Source: an uncultured archaeon (GTDB lineage Archaea; Asgardarchaeota; Thorarchaeia; Thorarchaeales; Thorarchaeaceae). From it: 64,000 nt of DNA. The DNA lies in the NCBI GenBank assembly GCA_964610875.1, contig CAZSWP010000010.1:1-64000 (forward strand). The letters run 5' to 3'. The notes under the pieces are model-generated. The model did no database searches, was not told the DNA's origin, and worked only from the letters and a program-made list of their open reading frames with translations. Below are positions 30,466-41,115 of this stretch, piece by piece; positions within the stretch are counted from its first letter, which is position 1; each line of letters begins with the position of its first letter. Made by a program: the position numbers and the translations under genes.

Positions 30466-31413
30466 CTATTTTCTCATCTTTAGAACAATTGCTAGTACAA
30501 CTACTACAACAATTGCTCCACCAAAAATGAGTAGAGATGTGGCGTCAAGAAGTGGTTCTGTTATAGCAACTTCAATGCCAATGATTGGGTCATATTCAAG
30601 GGTTTCATTGCTAAAGTATTCGAATGCTAGATAGACTGATTCGCCTGCTTCTTGACCGATTCCATCACCATAGCTTGCTTTTACTTCCAGAGTATTCTGT
30701 GCAGCTAAAGCTGTTTCATTGTATTCCATATATCCATCGGAAAAGCTGAATTTTGTTCCAGTACGTTGGAAACCATTTGGATTTCCTTCTGACTGTCCCT
30801 GCCCGTGATTACTCTCTGTAATGGTGTACTGCATCACAAGAATAGAATCATCATAGGTCCAGTTCCATCCATCAATCACAACATCGAACTTCACTTCGTT
30901 TGGTGTCTCTGTATAGAGATGTACACGAAGCTGCACCATCACATCAAACTCAGCAAGACTTGGTAGTTGTCCGTAGTCGCCACCAGCACCACCGGGTCGT
31001 GGATCATGTTCGCTGGTTGTTGTGAAGTTGAAATGAACAGCTGTTACATTATCACCTTCTTCCTCAACGACGAAATCACTGAACTCCCAATTTTCGGTAG
31101 GAAGCATGAATCTCGGTCCAACTATATCATCAGTTCCCCTTGTAAAGACCCCATCATCATCAGTATCGTTAGCCTCGAACAGGCTTATGAACCGTAGATG
31201 GTAGTCAACATCCTCTGTTACAGGACTCCACCAATGAAAGTGTGGTTGACCTGCACCAGTAACTCTAATCTCTAAATCCGCAGTACTTAGCTCTGAGATT
31301 CCTGCGGAGTATTGATATTGTACAGCACTGCCCTGTGCGGCAACTACAGGGAGTCCAATTCCCAACATTGCCACTGCAAGCAATGAAATCAGGATTTTTT
31401 TATGGCTCTGCAT
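30466..31413 (-). CDS. Hypothetical secreted, C-terminally anchored protein
   Basis: Signal peptide, acidic beta-rich body, YDP motif then TM. Confidence 0.65.
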   Translation of the reverse strand: MQSHKKILISLLAVAMLGIGLPVVAAQGSAVQYQYSAGISELSTADLEIRVTGAGQPHFHWWSPVTEDVDYHLRFISLFEANDTDDDGVFTRGTDDIVGPRFMLPTENWEFSDFVVEEEGDNVTAVHFNFTTTSEHDPRPGGAGGDYGQLPSLAEFDVMVQLRVHLYTETPNEVKFDVVIDGWNWTYDDSILVMQYTITESNHGQGQSEGNPNGFQRTGTKFSFSDGYMEYNETALAAQNTLEVKASYGDGIGQEAGESVYLAFEYFSNETLEYDPIIGIEVAITEPLLDATSLLIFGGAIVVVVVLAIVLKMRK

Positions 31414-31638
31414 TTTATCACCACATTAACACCAAATGTTAGTTAATATAATGACTCTTAGAAAGAAAGCCCATAAAACACAACTATAAGCATCTTATAG
31501 CAAATTAAAATATATTAGAAGGTTTATGGGAGCTTTAAACGTTTTTTAAAACACTATGAATGAAATTAAAAAACAACAGGTCTATACGAGAATAGACATA
31601 GTAGCGAAATAACAATGAATTTGGAGGAGTCGTATTTG

Positions 31639-32493
31639 ATGTCAGAGTATCCTGTATACATCGTTGATGCTTTTACTGATATACCCTTCTCGGGAAATCC
31701 TGCCGGTGTCTATCTCTGTCCAACATCCCTGAATGAACAACAGATGCAACTGATAGCTCGTGAACTGAATCTATCGGAAACTGCTTTTCCTATTCCTACT
31801 AGCAGCGAATACTATACAGATGCCAATAGATTCCACTTGAGATGGTTTTCTCCACTCGTTGAGGTCCCTCTGTGTGGACATGCGACTCTGGCAACAGCTC
31901 ATGTACTCTGGTCTGAACTACAGAATGAAAATGACACTTTAGCGTTTGAAACCAAATCTGGTAGATTAGAGGTACACCGGGGGACTAGCGGATACGTGAT
32001 GGATTTTCCTCGGGGTAAAGCAGAATCAATTCCAATAACCGAAGATATTACCTGTGCCTTGGAACTGTCTATCGAATCGGTGGTGGACATGCTCTATTGT
32101 GAAGATCCCAATAAACTTCTCATAGTTGTCAAGGATGAGACGGACGTGAAGGATCTCCAACCTGACTTTCTTGAATTAAGTAGGATATCGGAAAAACACA
32201 ATGCTGGAAGCATCATTGTGACAACAATCAGTACATCGACAGAATATGATTTCATTTCTCGCAACTTTGCTCCCATTAGGGGCGTGAATGAAGATTCAGT
32301 AACAGGATCCTCTCATGTGATTCTTGGTCCTTATTGGCAAGCGGCCTTAAAGAAGGACACATTGGTTGCATATCAAGCGAGCTCTCGCGGTGGATCTATG
32401 ACTGTGAAGATGGTCAATGAAGACAGAGTCCTTCTAATTGGAAATGCCGTTACCATAACTAGAGGCACAATGACGATTCCTGTCCGTTACTAA
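31639..32493 (+). CDS. PhzF family isomerase
   Basis: VDAFT..PFSGNPAGV, LSETAF, EVPLCGHATLA, EDSVTGS. Confidence 0.9.
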   Translation: MSEYPVYIVDAFTDIPFSGNPAGVYLCPTSLNEQQMQLIARELNLSETAFPIPTSSEYYTDANRFHLRWFSPLVEVPLCGHATLATAHVLWSELQNENDTLAFETKSGRLEVHRGTSGYVMDFPRGKAESIPITEDITCALELSIESVVDMLYCEDPNKLLIVVKDETDVKDLQPDFLELSRISEKHNAGSIIVTTISTSTEYDFISRNFAPIRGVNEDSVTGSSHVILGPYWQAALKKDTLVAYQASSRGGSMTVKMVNEDRVLLIGNAVTITRGTMTIPVRY

Positions 32494-32514
32494 TTTAGAA
32501 TGCAATTACAAAGA

Positions 32515-33075
32515 TCACATCATTTTCTTCCCAATATCCCAGGCTTTTGCGAGATATTCTCCAACTGACCAATAGCGATTATCTGGCATTGTAAGTATTA
32601 TGGGATTCATCTTCTTGATGTCTATCTTATCATCCGTGAGATATTCCTTGGTTGTGTACGACTCAACAACATCTCCCAATACAATGGTATTGGTTGGCAA
32701 ATCAATCAAATCTCGGAGTCTACACTCGATTGTGAGAGGACAATCTTGAATCATAGGTGCATTCTCAAGTTCTCCATAGAAAACTGTGAAAACATCTGTC
32801 TTGTCAATCTTCTTTCCTGAACCCAGTCCACAATAGTCTACTTTTGTCACCATATCCATACTAGGGAAGTTAATGCTGAACTCTCTGTTTTGTTTTAGAC
32901 CATCCATTGTGTAATGGCGCTTATTGATTGCTGCACCCCAGATTGGTGGATTGTAGTTCAGACGTGTTATCCATGCAACAGTCATGAAATTGACCTTACT
33001 CTCTACTTTCGTTCCTATCAGCGTGACGGGCATCGGGTAGGGTGTCACTTGCTGCCCTATCTTGACCTTATTCAT
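32515..33075 (-). CDS. Flavin reductase family protein
   Basis: YPMPVTLIG, NFMTVAW, CGLGSG...DK, APMI..CP..IEC. Confidence 0.88.
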   Translation of the reverse strand: MNKVKIGQQVTPYPMPVTLIGTKVESKVNFMTVAWITRLNYNPPIWGAAINKRHYTMDGLKQNREFSINFPSMDMVTKVDYCGLGSGKKIDKTDVFTVFYGELENAPMIQDCPLTIECRLRDLIDLPTNTIVLGDVVESYTTKEYLTDDKIDIKKMNPIILTMPDNRYWSVGEYLAKAWDIGKKMM

Positions 33076-33113
33076 CTCGTTTCACCTACAACGCTGTAGG
33101 AATTAGAAACTTT

Positions 33114-33809
33114 TCATTTAAGCCAGACGCTGCCCCTCAATTTCAACAATCTGAACAATGAATCAATGAGAAGTGCAATCCCACCAAGATGCACAAGAAA
33201 ATGGAATGGTGTGGCATAGACATCAAGATATCCTTGCGCTTGTATACCCGTTGCAACAAAAAGGGATGACACACTCAGAATCAGTGCTAATATGATATAC
33301 AGACCCATCACCATCCACTCATTAGGTCTCAACCTCTCCACAATCTTGCTTTCAGATAGAATGAACAGTGTCAGTATAATTCCTTGGAGTGCTATCAGTG
33401 CCCAGAGTGTAGAATCAAAGCCGAAAATGAGCATGATTTGTCCTCCACCTACCAAGACGAATAAGACTGGAGTGATTGGAAACAGTATTGCAGTAAGACC
33501 TAGACTAAACCCGAATGCCCTGTGATATCTCTCAAGGGGCGTTGCAATCAACTTGTGATATATCGTGAGGGTGATTGTAATCAGAATCACAATGATTGTG
33601 TATATTCCCACTAGTCCTATAAGTTCTGTATTGGGCACGAAGGGATAGACAACCTCATTGTAGAATATCATACTAGCGTAGAACAGGAGTGGTAACAGGA
33701 GCAGTACAACAAGTGAAAGCATGAATGGTATCAATCGCTGCAACCACTCGGACTTTCGCTTCGACTCATTATCACTATGATTCGTCGTCATTGTATCCCT
33801 CGTTTTCAT
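33114..33809 (-). CDS. Hypothetical multi-pass membrane protein
   Basis: 231 aa, about 6 hydrophobic segments. Confidence 0.55.
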   Translation of the reverse strand: MKTRDTMTTNHSDNESKRKSEWLQRLIPFMLSLVVLLLLPLLFYASMIFYNEVVYPFVPNTELIGLVGIYTIIVILITITLTIYHKLIATPLERYHRAFGFSLGLTAILFPITPVLFVLVGGGQIMLIFGFDSTLWALIALQGIILTLFILSESKIVERLRPNEWMVMGLYIILALILSVSSLFVATGIQAQGYLDVYATPFHFLVHLGGIALLIDSLFRLLKLRGSVWLK

Positions 33810-33895
33810 TAACTCTTTGTTATACTAAATATGACCTTGTAAGAATTGTGTTTGCTATAAAATCGTATTACATATGTTCTGGGAAAAGGTGATGG

Positions 33896-34312
33896 TCACA
33901 GTCGTTTTTTGTAGTCTTCCTTTCTCAAAAGAGTACCGCAATATGGGCAATCCATTATAGACTCATTCCATAGACTATTCATCATTTTATTATCCAGATC
34001 CTCACCACAACTATAACAAGTCCAATTATCTTTCGTAACAATGAATCTCTCTATTTTAGAACACAATTTACAAAATAGCGCAGTTATTAGAACTATAGCA
34101 AAACCCAGATTGAAAGAGTAGAATATCTTTAGGAAATTGGTAGGCGCGACGATTGTCCATAGAAATAGATAGATGATAATGAATGATGAACATACAAAAC
34201 TACAAAATGAGAAGATTATTTGTCTACATGTTGACTCTCTCTCCACTACTTGCCTGCTGTAAGTCCTGTATTCATCATCAATAGTTGTATGACTGAAAGC
34301 TCTATTCGCCAT
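33896..34312 (-). CDS. Hypothetical membrane protein with C-terminal Zn ribbon
   Basis: Two TMs, then CYSC...CPYC. Confidence 0.55.
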   Translation of the reverse strand: MANRAFSHTTIDDEYRTYSRQVVERESTCRQIIFSFCSFVCSSFIIIYLFLWTIVAPTNFLKIFYSFNLGFAIVLITALFCKLCSKIERFIVTKDNWTCYSCGEDLDNKMMNSLWNESIMDCPYCGTLLRKEDYKKRL

Positions 34313-34465
34313 CTTGAACTGTCCTGCATCAAAATATACTTCTCCCAGAGAGTTCCAGAAGAATAGAAAGGATGTCCCGCTTGATAATAAGAGGTGGTCG
34401 ACATTATAGATCTATCTAGAATACCATGAATCTCTTGAACGACTCACAAGTATTGAATGATTTAC

Positions 34466-34949
34466 TTATGAGTTGCCATCATTCCTTGGAGTTGCTTCCG
34501 ATTCAATTGCTTCTTCCTCTTCATCATCTTTGCAGACGAACTCTGGAACCACGAGAATCACGATGAATAGTATGAAAATGACGCTGAATCCTTCAGTTGT
34601 CCTCAAGAAGAGGCTGACATGCCCAACTGCTGGGACTTTACCCACAACGACTCCGATTATCTCATCATAGGTTCGTTCCATGTAATCTCGCGCTGGATTA
34701 TTGTCACCTTTCGTGTAGTAATAGTAGGTACCATTTACTATCTGGAATGGAGGGCAGTGTTTCATTTACGACAATCCTTATTGATCCCAACACTATTGAA
34801 TTTCTCTCAACACCATACCGAAAGCTGTTGTTCTGAGTTACTGCCCATGTGAATGATTGATTGTTTTGCGCGTTGGTAAACAAGCTGCAAGGAAATAGGA
34901 TAAGTATAACTATAATTATTGAAAACTCCCTAACACCTAACATACTCAC
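34466..34949 (-). pseudogene. Chimeric remnant: N-terminus of a secreted protein abutting the C-terminal half of an S26 signal peptidase
   Basis: TKGDNN and IIG.V..KVP.VG motifs in 34466-34745 lack the catalytic Ser and HR region; upstream frame differs. Confidence 0.6.
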
Positions 34950-35431
34950 TATCTATTTGAGCACCTGATTTAACTCTTTCCAAGAATTTTGGTTCGGGTA
35001 ACTCCTAGAACAGATACAATCTCTCTAGAAACTTGGAGGATTTGCTGGTTTTCTAGTCACGCTGTTGGAGTGCTTGAAAACGAAGTGAGCGATACAGGAA
35101 AGCCTCTCTCGATTGAAGAATCTCTCCGATGTCGAATTATGTCTACTTCTCTTGCCTGTAGGACAAATATTCAGGGCCGCAAATCTCTCTTGCTATGATA
35201 GGTTGCTATCATCTTGCAAAGATATGCTTAAGTGTCAATCTCATATCCCCCTATAGTAACATCTATTCGGAGTTTATTGCAACTAGATTCTACTGATGTA
35301 CTCGTTGCATTCACTCTTGCCATGTGCATCATAGCCGCAATGGTGATCTTGAGCATCTTATATCGCGAGCGAATAGTAAGGAGTAGGTTATCTGCATTTG
35401 GTCTACTTCTCCTTGTAATGGTGGTTTTGAT

Positions 35432-35896
35432 CTACGACATGGACTCATTTAAGCGCAACAAGATGATGCGGTCGAGCACATGACTACTCATGCCAAGTGG
35501 TGACGATATCTCAATTGATGCATTCAAACTCAGCCACATATCGTACTCTGCATCCCTTGGTAGTGGTCTTGGATTCTCATTGGAACTACCATTATCCGAG
35601 ACTGAGAGTCCTAGAACTACTTGATAGTATATCCCGAAAAAGGCAAAGCTAGAGATTTCTGAAATTGTCATATTTCCAGGATCATTCATGCTCTGAGTGA
35701 GTGGAAAGTCAACTATTGTTGTATTTGGCTCATGCAGAGTACCCCCTGTCCTCAAGATAAAATCAAAGGTTCCTATATCAATTAGCACTTTTGGACTGCA
35801 GAGAAAGCTGATCGTATAACTCGCGAATGAAACACCCAGCAGAAAAATAGCTAGAATTGCCAACGCTTTAGCTGAATTCTGTTTCATACCTACCAC
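35432..35896 (-). CDS. Hypothetical protein with N-terminal TM
   Basis: 154-aa ORF, RBS-like AGGTG. Confidence 0.45.
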   Translation of the reverse strand: MVGMKQNSAKALAILAIFLLGVSFASYTISFLCSPKVLIDIGTFDFILRTGGTLHEPNTTIVDFPLTQSMNDPGNMTISEISSFAFFGIYYQVVLGLSVSDNGSSNENPRPLPRDAEYDMWLSLNASIEISSPLGMSSHVLDRIILLRLNESMS

Positions 35897-35990
35897 CTAC
35901 ATGGAATTCGTAGATGATTGGTTATCTAAGCTTTCCTCATATGATATTCTCCAAGAGGTGATTTTGCGTCATTGAAACAGAGATGTCTAA

Positions 35991-36094
35991 AAGAAAGAGG
36001 GAGCGCGAGGCTCCCGTGAAACTTAGAATTACATCTGCTTCTCTTGACGATACGGGAGGTATTCAGGGCCGAAGATTTCCCTCGCCATGACAGC
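35991..36094 (-). repeat. Diverged direct repeat, copy 1 (gene 3' end ...LPYRQEKQM* plus hairpin)
   Basis: 20-nt identity AATTACATCTGCTTCTCTTG (36027-36046) with 42944-42963; similar GGGAGC/GCTCCC hairpin. Confidence 0.75.
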
Positions 36095-36150
36095 TCACTT
36101 GATATGAAACACTCAGAAGAAGAAAGAGGGAGTGATGAACTCCCTCATCA

Positions 36151-36360
36151 TCAACTTGTCCTGGAATCAATATATCTGCCAAGTCGCGGAATCACAAGCA
36201 GGAATGCAACAATGTACCAGAGTAGGACACCTAGAGCGATTCCGATCCAAGGTAGATTGCTTGGGTCTGGGCTACCGAAACTTGCTACCAACGCGTCTTG
36301 ACCAAGCCGTAACAGAAGGATTGGTAGTATTGCGACGACCAACAAGATAAACACCTTCAA
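36151..36360 (-). CDS. Small two-TM protein (candidate immunity-like protein)
   Basis: 69 aa, hydrophobic with basic residues; followed by hairpin GAGGGAGT/ACTCCCTC. Confidence 0.4.
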   Translation of the reverse strand: MKVFILLVVAILPILLLRLGQDALVASFGSPDPSNLPWIGIALGVLLWYIVAFLLVIPRLGRYIDSRTS

Positions 36361-36564
36361 TAAAAGAACCTTTAAGATGTCCGATATTGATGCCTATCGA
36401 ATATGCTCCATCCGTGTCATTCATTGGAGTTACATCATCAGAATCTGTGTCTTTATGATAGATTTGGATTCATCGATGATTTCTCAAGTACGCTGCCTTT
36501 TTTATTTTCATCCGAATTATTATAATCATCTTTAAATAGTGATTGAAGTAATTTCGACAGAGAG

Positions 36565-37224
36565 TTGAATTGCAGGGCAATTCTAGCACTACGAATAAAA
36601 GTGCGCTATTCAAAACTGGAGGAGTATGCAATAAAATCGATTGCTATCAAGCTATCTCATTTTTTAAAAGAGCATATGAAAGATGGTATTTTCATTAGTT
36701 GCATTACAATGATTTGTGGCCAAGTCATAGGTGCTTTAATTGGACTAAGCTTTGATGCTCCACGTCCAGAGGATCTAATCATTACGGATCCCCCTCCTCA
36801 GGAGTGGATTTTTCAAAACAATTCATCAGTAGCTCTTGGTCTATCCTTAGGTGGCCTATTATTCGGTGTCATCACAATCGCAATTCTTCTTTTTAATTCT
36901 ATATTACTTGGTTACTGGGTTCAGGAAAGAATAAGATCACAAGGACCAATGATGGCCTTTCTTTTGGTGGTACCTCATGGGATATTTGAGATACCAGCAT
37001 TGCTGCTAGCTGGAGCTGTAGGTGTTGAGATTGCGAAATGGACATTCCGTTTATTTATCTCTAGCCCAAGTTCTGAAGGGGAACAAATGGATAAAGAAGA
37101 AAACTCAGACGAAGTACTTATTAAGTGGGTAGTGTCGAGGATGATTGTAGTTGAGGTGCTACTATGCATTGCTTCATATGTCGAAGCATATATTATACCT
37201 CTATTAGTCGGAATGCATATGTGA
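36565..37224 (+). CDS. Stage II sporulation protein M / DUF95 membrane protein
   Basis: IFQNN, N..LLG, PHGIFEIPA, ASYVEAY. Confidence 0.85.
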   Translation: MNCRAILALRIKVRYSKLEEYAIKSIAIKLSHFLKEHMKDGIFISCITMICGQVIGALIGLSFDAPRPEDLIITDPPPQEWIFQNNSSVALGLSLGGLLFGVITIAILLFNSILLGYWVQERIRSQGPMMAFLLVVPHGIFEIPALLLAGAVGVEIAKWTFRLFISSPSSEGEQMDKEENSDEVLIKWVVSRMIVVEVLLCIASYVEAYIIPLLVGMHM

Positions 37225-37236
37225 TGTGGCAGAACC

Positions 37237-37857
37237 ATGAAAGATGATATTCGCAGGATTCTTTGGGTTTTTAGCAAGCCTCGAGAGGCTATCGAAGAGA
37301 TACGAACTCAAGGAGTTGGGAAACATGGTGTAGCATTAGCACTACTTATCACCGGAATACTCACAGCGATTTACTCGTTCTACTTTGGAATGGCATTGGT
37401 AAATCCTGTTCTTCCTTCGGATTCTGAGTTACTTCCCTTTGCTATTCTTGTGATTACACTAGTTCTTTTTATTACTAGTATTATGTTTATAGCTTTCACT
37501 TGGATTATTGTTACAGCGGCAGGTCATCTGTTGCTTCGAGTTCAAGTGTGCACCGGCGATTTCGATTCTTTCCACACTGGAAACGGCTATGCACTAATTG
37601 TTTTAGCAGTTCAACCAGTGATTGGTTTATTGCTCTTGATGATACTAGGTCCTGTTGATATTATGTTTGCATACGATCTAATTAGTTCTATTATAGTCAG
37701 AATCTGGTATGGTGTAATAGTAGCATTATCTATGAAAGCAAATTATGATGGTACATGGAAGCAGATAGCAATATCTGTTACTATTGCATTAGTTATCATG
37801 ACCTTTTACCCACTAATTCCGCAATACATTAGCTTTTCATTTGAACTACCTAGCTAA
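37237..37857 (+). CDS. Yip1-domain membrane protein
   Basis: VFSKPREAIEEI N-terminal motif, about 5 TMs, GYAL, IW..V motif. Confidence 0.7.
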   Translation: MKDDIRRILWVFSKPREAIEEIRTQGVGKHGVALALLITGILTAIYSFYFGMALVNPVLPSDSELLPFAILVITLVLFITSIMFIAFTWIIVTAAGHLLLRVQVCTGDFDSFHTGNGYALIVLAVQPVIGLLLLMILGPVDIMFAYDLISSIIVRIWYGVIVALSMKANYDGTWKQIAISVTIALVIMTFYPLIPQYISFSFELPS

Positions 37858-37890
37858 ATCAAATTCCCTAATCGAGAGTGCTCAGGCATA

Positions 37891-38823
37891 ATGGCCGCAG
37901 ATGAATCCCTACTAGACTTGACTCAACTTGAAAAGACATATGATAGTGTCGCTGCTCTAAAAGGAATAACTCTTAGTGTGGGTTTAGGGAAGGTGGGTCT
38001 TCTCGGTCCTAATGGAGCTGGCAAAACAACATTAATGAAAATAGCAACTGGTCTTATCAAACCCACATCAGGCAGCTGCAAAGTACTTGGCTTAGATCCT
38101 AGACAAGGACCTGCATTACACCAGAAAATCGGATATCTACCAGAGCACTTTGGATTCCCCTCAATATCAATTTGGAAATACTTGATTCATGTTGGTCTGG
38201 TGTTCAATCTGTCTAAAAAACAAGCTGAAGACAATGTAAAAAAGATAATTCATGAACTTGATTTGTTAGAGCTGCGTGACCGCGACTGTACAAAGCTAAG
38301 TTCGGGGCAGAAACAACGACTTGGCTTGGCCCAAGTGTTGCTGCATAATCCTGAAATCCTTATTCTTGATGAACCTGTTTCTTACTTAGATCCTTTTGGA
38401 CGGAAGAGGTTTTTTGACTTTCTTGATACTATTCAAGAAGATCAAAGTGTTATTCTTTCGAGTCATATCTTAACTGATGTTGAACGAGCATGCGACAATG
38501 TTATTGTACTGAATCATGGAAAGGTTCTCTATTTTGGACCATTATCAAAGCTAAAAAAGAGTGAGACTCTAACCAAGTTCTTCCTAATTGTTTCAGATCC
38601 ACGCGCTCTTATAGAAGAATTAAATGGACGCCCCTTTGTTGATAAAGCCTCTATCAAAGGAAGAGAAGTTATGATAGAAACTTCAGAACCTATTCCATTC
38701 CAAGAAGCGATATCTGGTTATTTAGCAAATGCAGGTGTTCGGTTAATGGGTATGAAGCAAGAGGAGGAGAGTCTTGAGGACTTGTTCTTGGAATTAGTAA
38801 GAAGGAGTGATACTAGTGGCTAA
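37891..38823 (+). CDS. ABC transporter ATP-binding protein (exporter type)
   Basis: GPNGAGKTT, LSSGQ, ILDEP, SSH, SLEDLF. Confidence 0.93.
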   Translation: MAADESLLDLTQLEKTYDSVAALKGITLSVGLGKVGLLGPNGAGKTTLMKIATGLIKPTSGSCKVLGLDPRQGPALHQKIGYLPEHFGFPSISIWKYLIHVGLVFNLSKKQAEDNVKKIIHELDLLELRDRDCTKLSSGQKQRLGLAQVLLHNPEILILDEPVSYLDPFGRKRFFDFLDTIQEDQSVILSSHILTDVERACDNVIVLNHGKVLYFGPLSKLKKSETLTKFFLIVSDPRALIEELNGRPFVDKASIKGREVMIETSEPIPFQEAISGYLANAGVRLMGMKQEEESLEDLFLELVRRSDTSG

Positions 38824-39673
38824 GAATCTAGAACTGAAATCAAAGTTACCCTTGCTCATGAAACAGAATCTATCATGGTTTCTTGGTTCTCATAAGAATA
38901 TCATTGTCCTTTTCTTATACTTATTAGTGGGTATTGTGTTCGGTGCTCTTATCAGACCAATAAATGGCCTGTTTTCCGATCAAATGGGTGCAGAAACAGA
39001 TTGGACTGACCCTGATACCGTAGGAAACATCTTCTATGGACTGACATCGTTGATCTTATTTGTCCCATTGATGATGTTAGCTACTTTTCAAGGGGCTCTA
39101 TCGGGGAACAAGCTGATAGGTAGTGAAATGCAATCTCGTTTCATGATTGAGCTTGCCTGGCCAGTACGAAGAACAGAAATGATACTATCATTGATTGTCA
39201 CTAAATTCAGCAAACGAGCTTCGAGTGCATTCTTAGTTTTCGTTGGAACATGGTTCTCATTTAATGCATTTGCTTCTGCTGCAGAGATGAATTGGACATT
39301 CATCACTTCGCTTTCCATGGTTCTTGCAATATCATTGATTTTCTTGAGCTCGTATATATTAAGTATGGCTATTTCCTTACTAGCCAAAAGAGAATCAGCT
39401 AGTGCTGTAATAACATTGTTTGCGTTTCTGTTTCTAAATGCTATTTTCCGGACCATACATGGTCTCCTAGATCCGTCAAATTCCATACCGGGACTTGTTT
39501 GGATAAATAACATTGACTTAATGGGATGGTTCATGGCAATCGCATCTACTACAGTGGGATTGCCAGAAGGATATTCTATCGAGTTGCTTGTTTTAGCTAT
39601 TAGTGCATTGATTGCGCTTCCATTAATCATAGCTATTGTCTTGTTCATGAAATTAGAGATACATACCAGGTAA
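38807..39673 (+). CDS. ABC-2 type permease
   Basis: About 6 TMs, E.......LAWPVRR motif; overlaps the ATPase gene. Confidence 0.75.
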   Translation: MILVAKNLELKSKLPLLMKQNLSWFLGSHKNIIVLFLYLLVGIVFGALIRPINGLFSDQMGAETDWTDPDTVGNIFYGLTSLILFVPLMMLATFQGALSGNKLIGSEMQSRFMIELAWPVRRTEMILSLIVTKFSKRASSAFLVFVGTWFSFNAFASAAEMNWTFITSLSMVLAISLIFLSSYILSMAISLLAKRESASAVITLFAFLFLNAIFRTIHGLLDPSNSIPGLVWINNIDLMGWFMAIASTTVGLPEGYSIELLVLAISALIALPLIIAIVLFMKLEIHTR

Positions 39674-39822
39674 CCATTCGATTGATACGAATCACTAATC
39701 ACAATATCAAGAACTCCATAATGACACCTGAAATTCAAAACTTATTTCAAAAAAGTATCAAGCATAAGAGCTTCTTGGTGAAGCTCTTACCTTGAATTTG
39801 ATCTAGATTCGTAGAAACCGAT

Positions 39823-40143
39823 TTACGCAGCTCCACCAGCAGCAATAAGAATAGCAATTATTGACCATTGCCACATTTGAAATGTGAACGAGTAAAAGTG
39901 TCCAGCATAATATGTGGTAAGTGTCAACTCACTATTGTATCCCAAACCTAGAGACGCCATATTCATGACATAGTAGGTTATCGTGGCTGCTAAGGCTACC
40001 AATGCGATTGCAGGTGCCATGGCGAGTCCAAAACTTGCTGCAACAAGTGCTGCTGCCCCTCTAAAAAGTGGAAGCATGATTGCTGCTGCAAATGGAATAA
40101 ATAGCATTTGCAGTGCTTTCTTATCTGAATTGTTCAACTCCAT
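39823..40143 (-). CDS. Ala-rich hydrophobic 106-aa protein; candidate circular-peptide precursor
   Basis: RBS GGAGAGG before ATG 40143; short polar leader MELNNSDKK then an Ala/Leu-rich core ending IAAGGAA. Confidence 0.55.
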   Translation of the reverse strand: MELNNSDKKALQMLFIPFAAAIMLPLFRGAAALVAASFGLAMAPAIALVALAATITYYVMNMASLGLGYNSELTLTTYYAGHFYSFTFQMWQWSIIAILIAAGGAA

Positions 40144-40335
40144 AATGCATTTTCCTCTCCAATTTTCGATTTGCCTTTTACAAGGCAAGATGCATACTAC
40201 TAGCACTCTTATAAGCATTTTGAGCTTTGAGCACCAAAAGGGGCAATATATTCAGAAGAGTATATATCTTTGAGAGAATGGATGCCTGAAAAGAACGATC
40301 GTGGAATTCCTTAGATAGAAAGGAGGACATATGGA

Positions 40336-41115
40336 TTGAGTGCAATAGAGATTTGCAACTTGGTAAAGAAATTTGGTGATTTGATAGCAGTGAATAATAT
40401 CTCCTTGGATATACATGAAGGAGAGGTCTATGGATTATTAGGTCCAAATGGTGCAGGTAAAACTACGACTCTGAAAGTCCTCATGGGTCTTATTGATCCC
40501 GATTCTGGATCTGCAAATGTTTTTGGAATAAACTCAACTGAGAATCCGATTGAAGCAAAGAAGAGAGTGGGATATGTTCCCGAAGAACTGCATCTTTATG
40601 ATTCGCTGACATCCTATGAGCTCTTCGAATTTGTAAGCTCTATCAGGAAGGTCGATCCTTTGGTAGCCAGACAGCGAGTATCTGGTATGTCGGAAGCACT
40701 TAGCTTCACTAAACACTATAATAAACCGATAGTAACACTGTCACAAGGAAATAAGCAAAAAACAATGCTAATTGTGGCAATGCTTCATGCTCCAAAGCTG
40801 TTGATTCTTGATGAACCTTTTTCCGGTCTAGACGTGAAAGCGATACGAATAATGAAGGAAACAATTGGCTTGCATAAAGCATCTGGAGGTACAGTATTAT
40901 TTAGTACACACAATATGGAGATGGCAGAAGACCTCTGTGATCGTGTTGGGATAATAGATGAAGGATTACTTGTTGCAGAAGGTGCACTTGACGATTTACG
41001 AATACAAGCTGAATCAGAGGGTGAAACACTTGAGCATGTGTTTCTAAAACTCACTAACGAAGAAGAGGATATTACTAAGCAGATAGGTGTAATGAGGGAG
41101 GCACTTGGTTATTGA
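40336..41115 (+). CDS. ABC transporter ATP-binding protein
   Basis: GPNGAGKTT, LSQG, ILDEP, STH. Confidence 0.93.
   Translation: MSAIEICNLVKKFGDLIAVNNISLDIHEGEVYGLLGPNGAGKTTTLKVLMGLIDPDSGSANVFGINSTENPIEAKKRVGYVPEELHLYDSLTSYELFEFVSSIRKVDPLVARQRVSGMSEALSFTKHYNKPIVTLSQGNKQKTMLIVAMLHAPKLLILDEPFSGLDVKAIRIMKETIGLHKASGGTVLFSTHNMEMAEDLCDRVGIIDEGLLVAEGALDDLRIQAESEGETLEHVFLKLTNEEEDITKQIGVMREALGY

Noticed and set aside
39088-39738. Long antisense ORFs (39088-39738, 53251-53901 and many shorter ones)
   Set aside because: Shadow frames of well-supported genes on the opposite strand, with no motifs.
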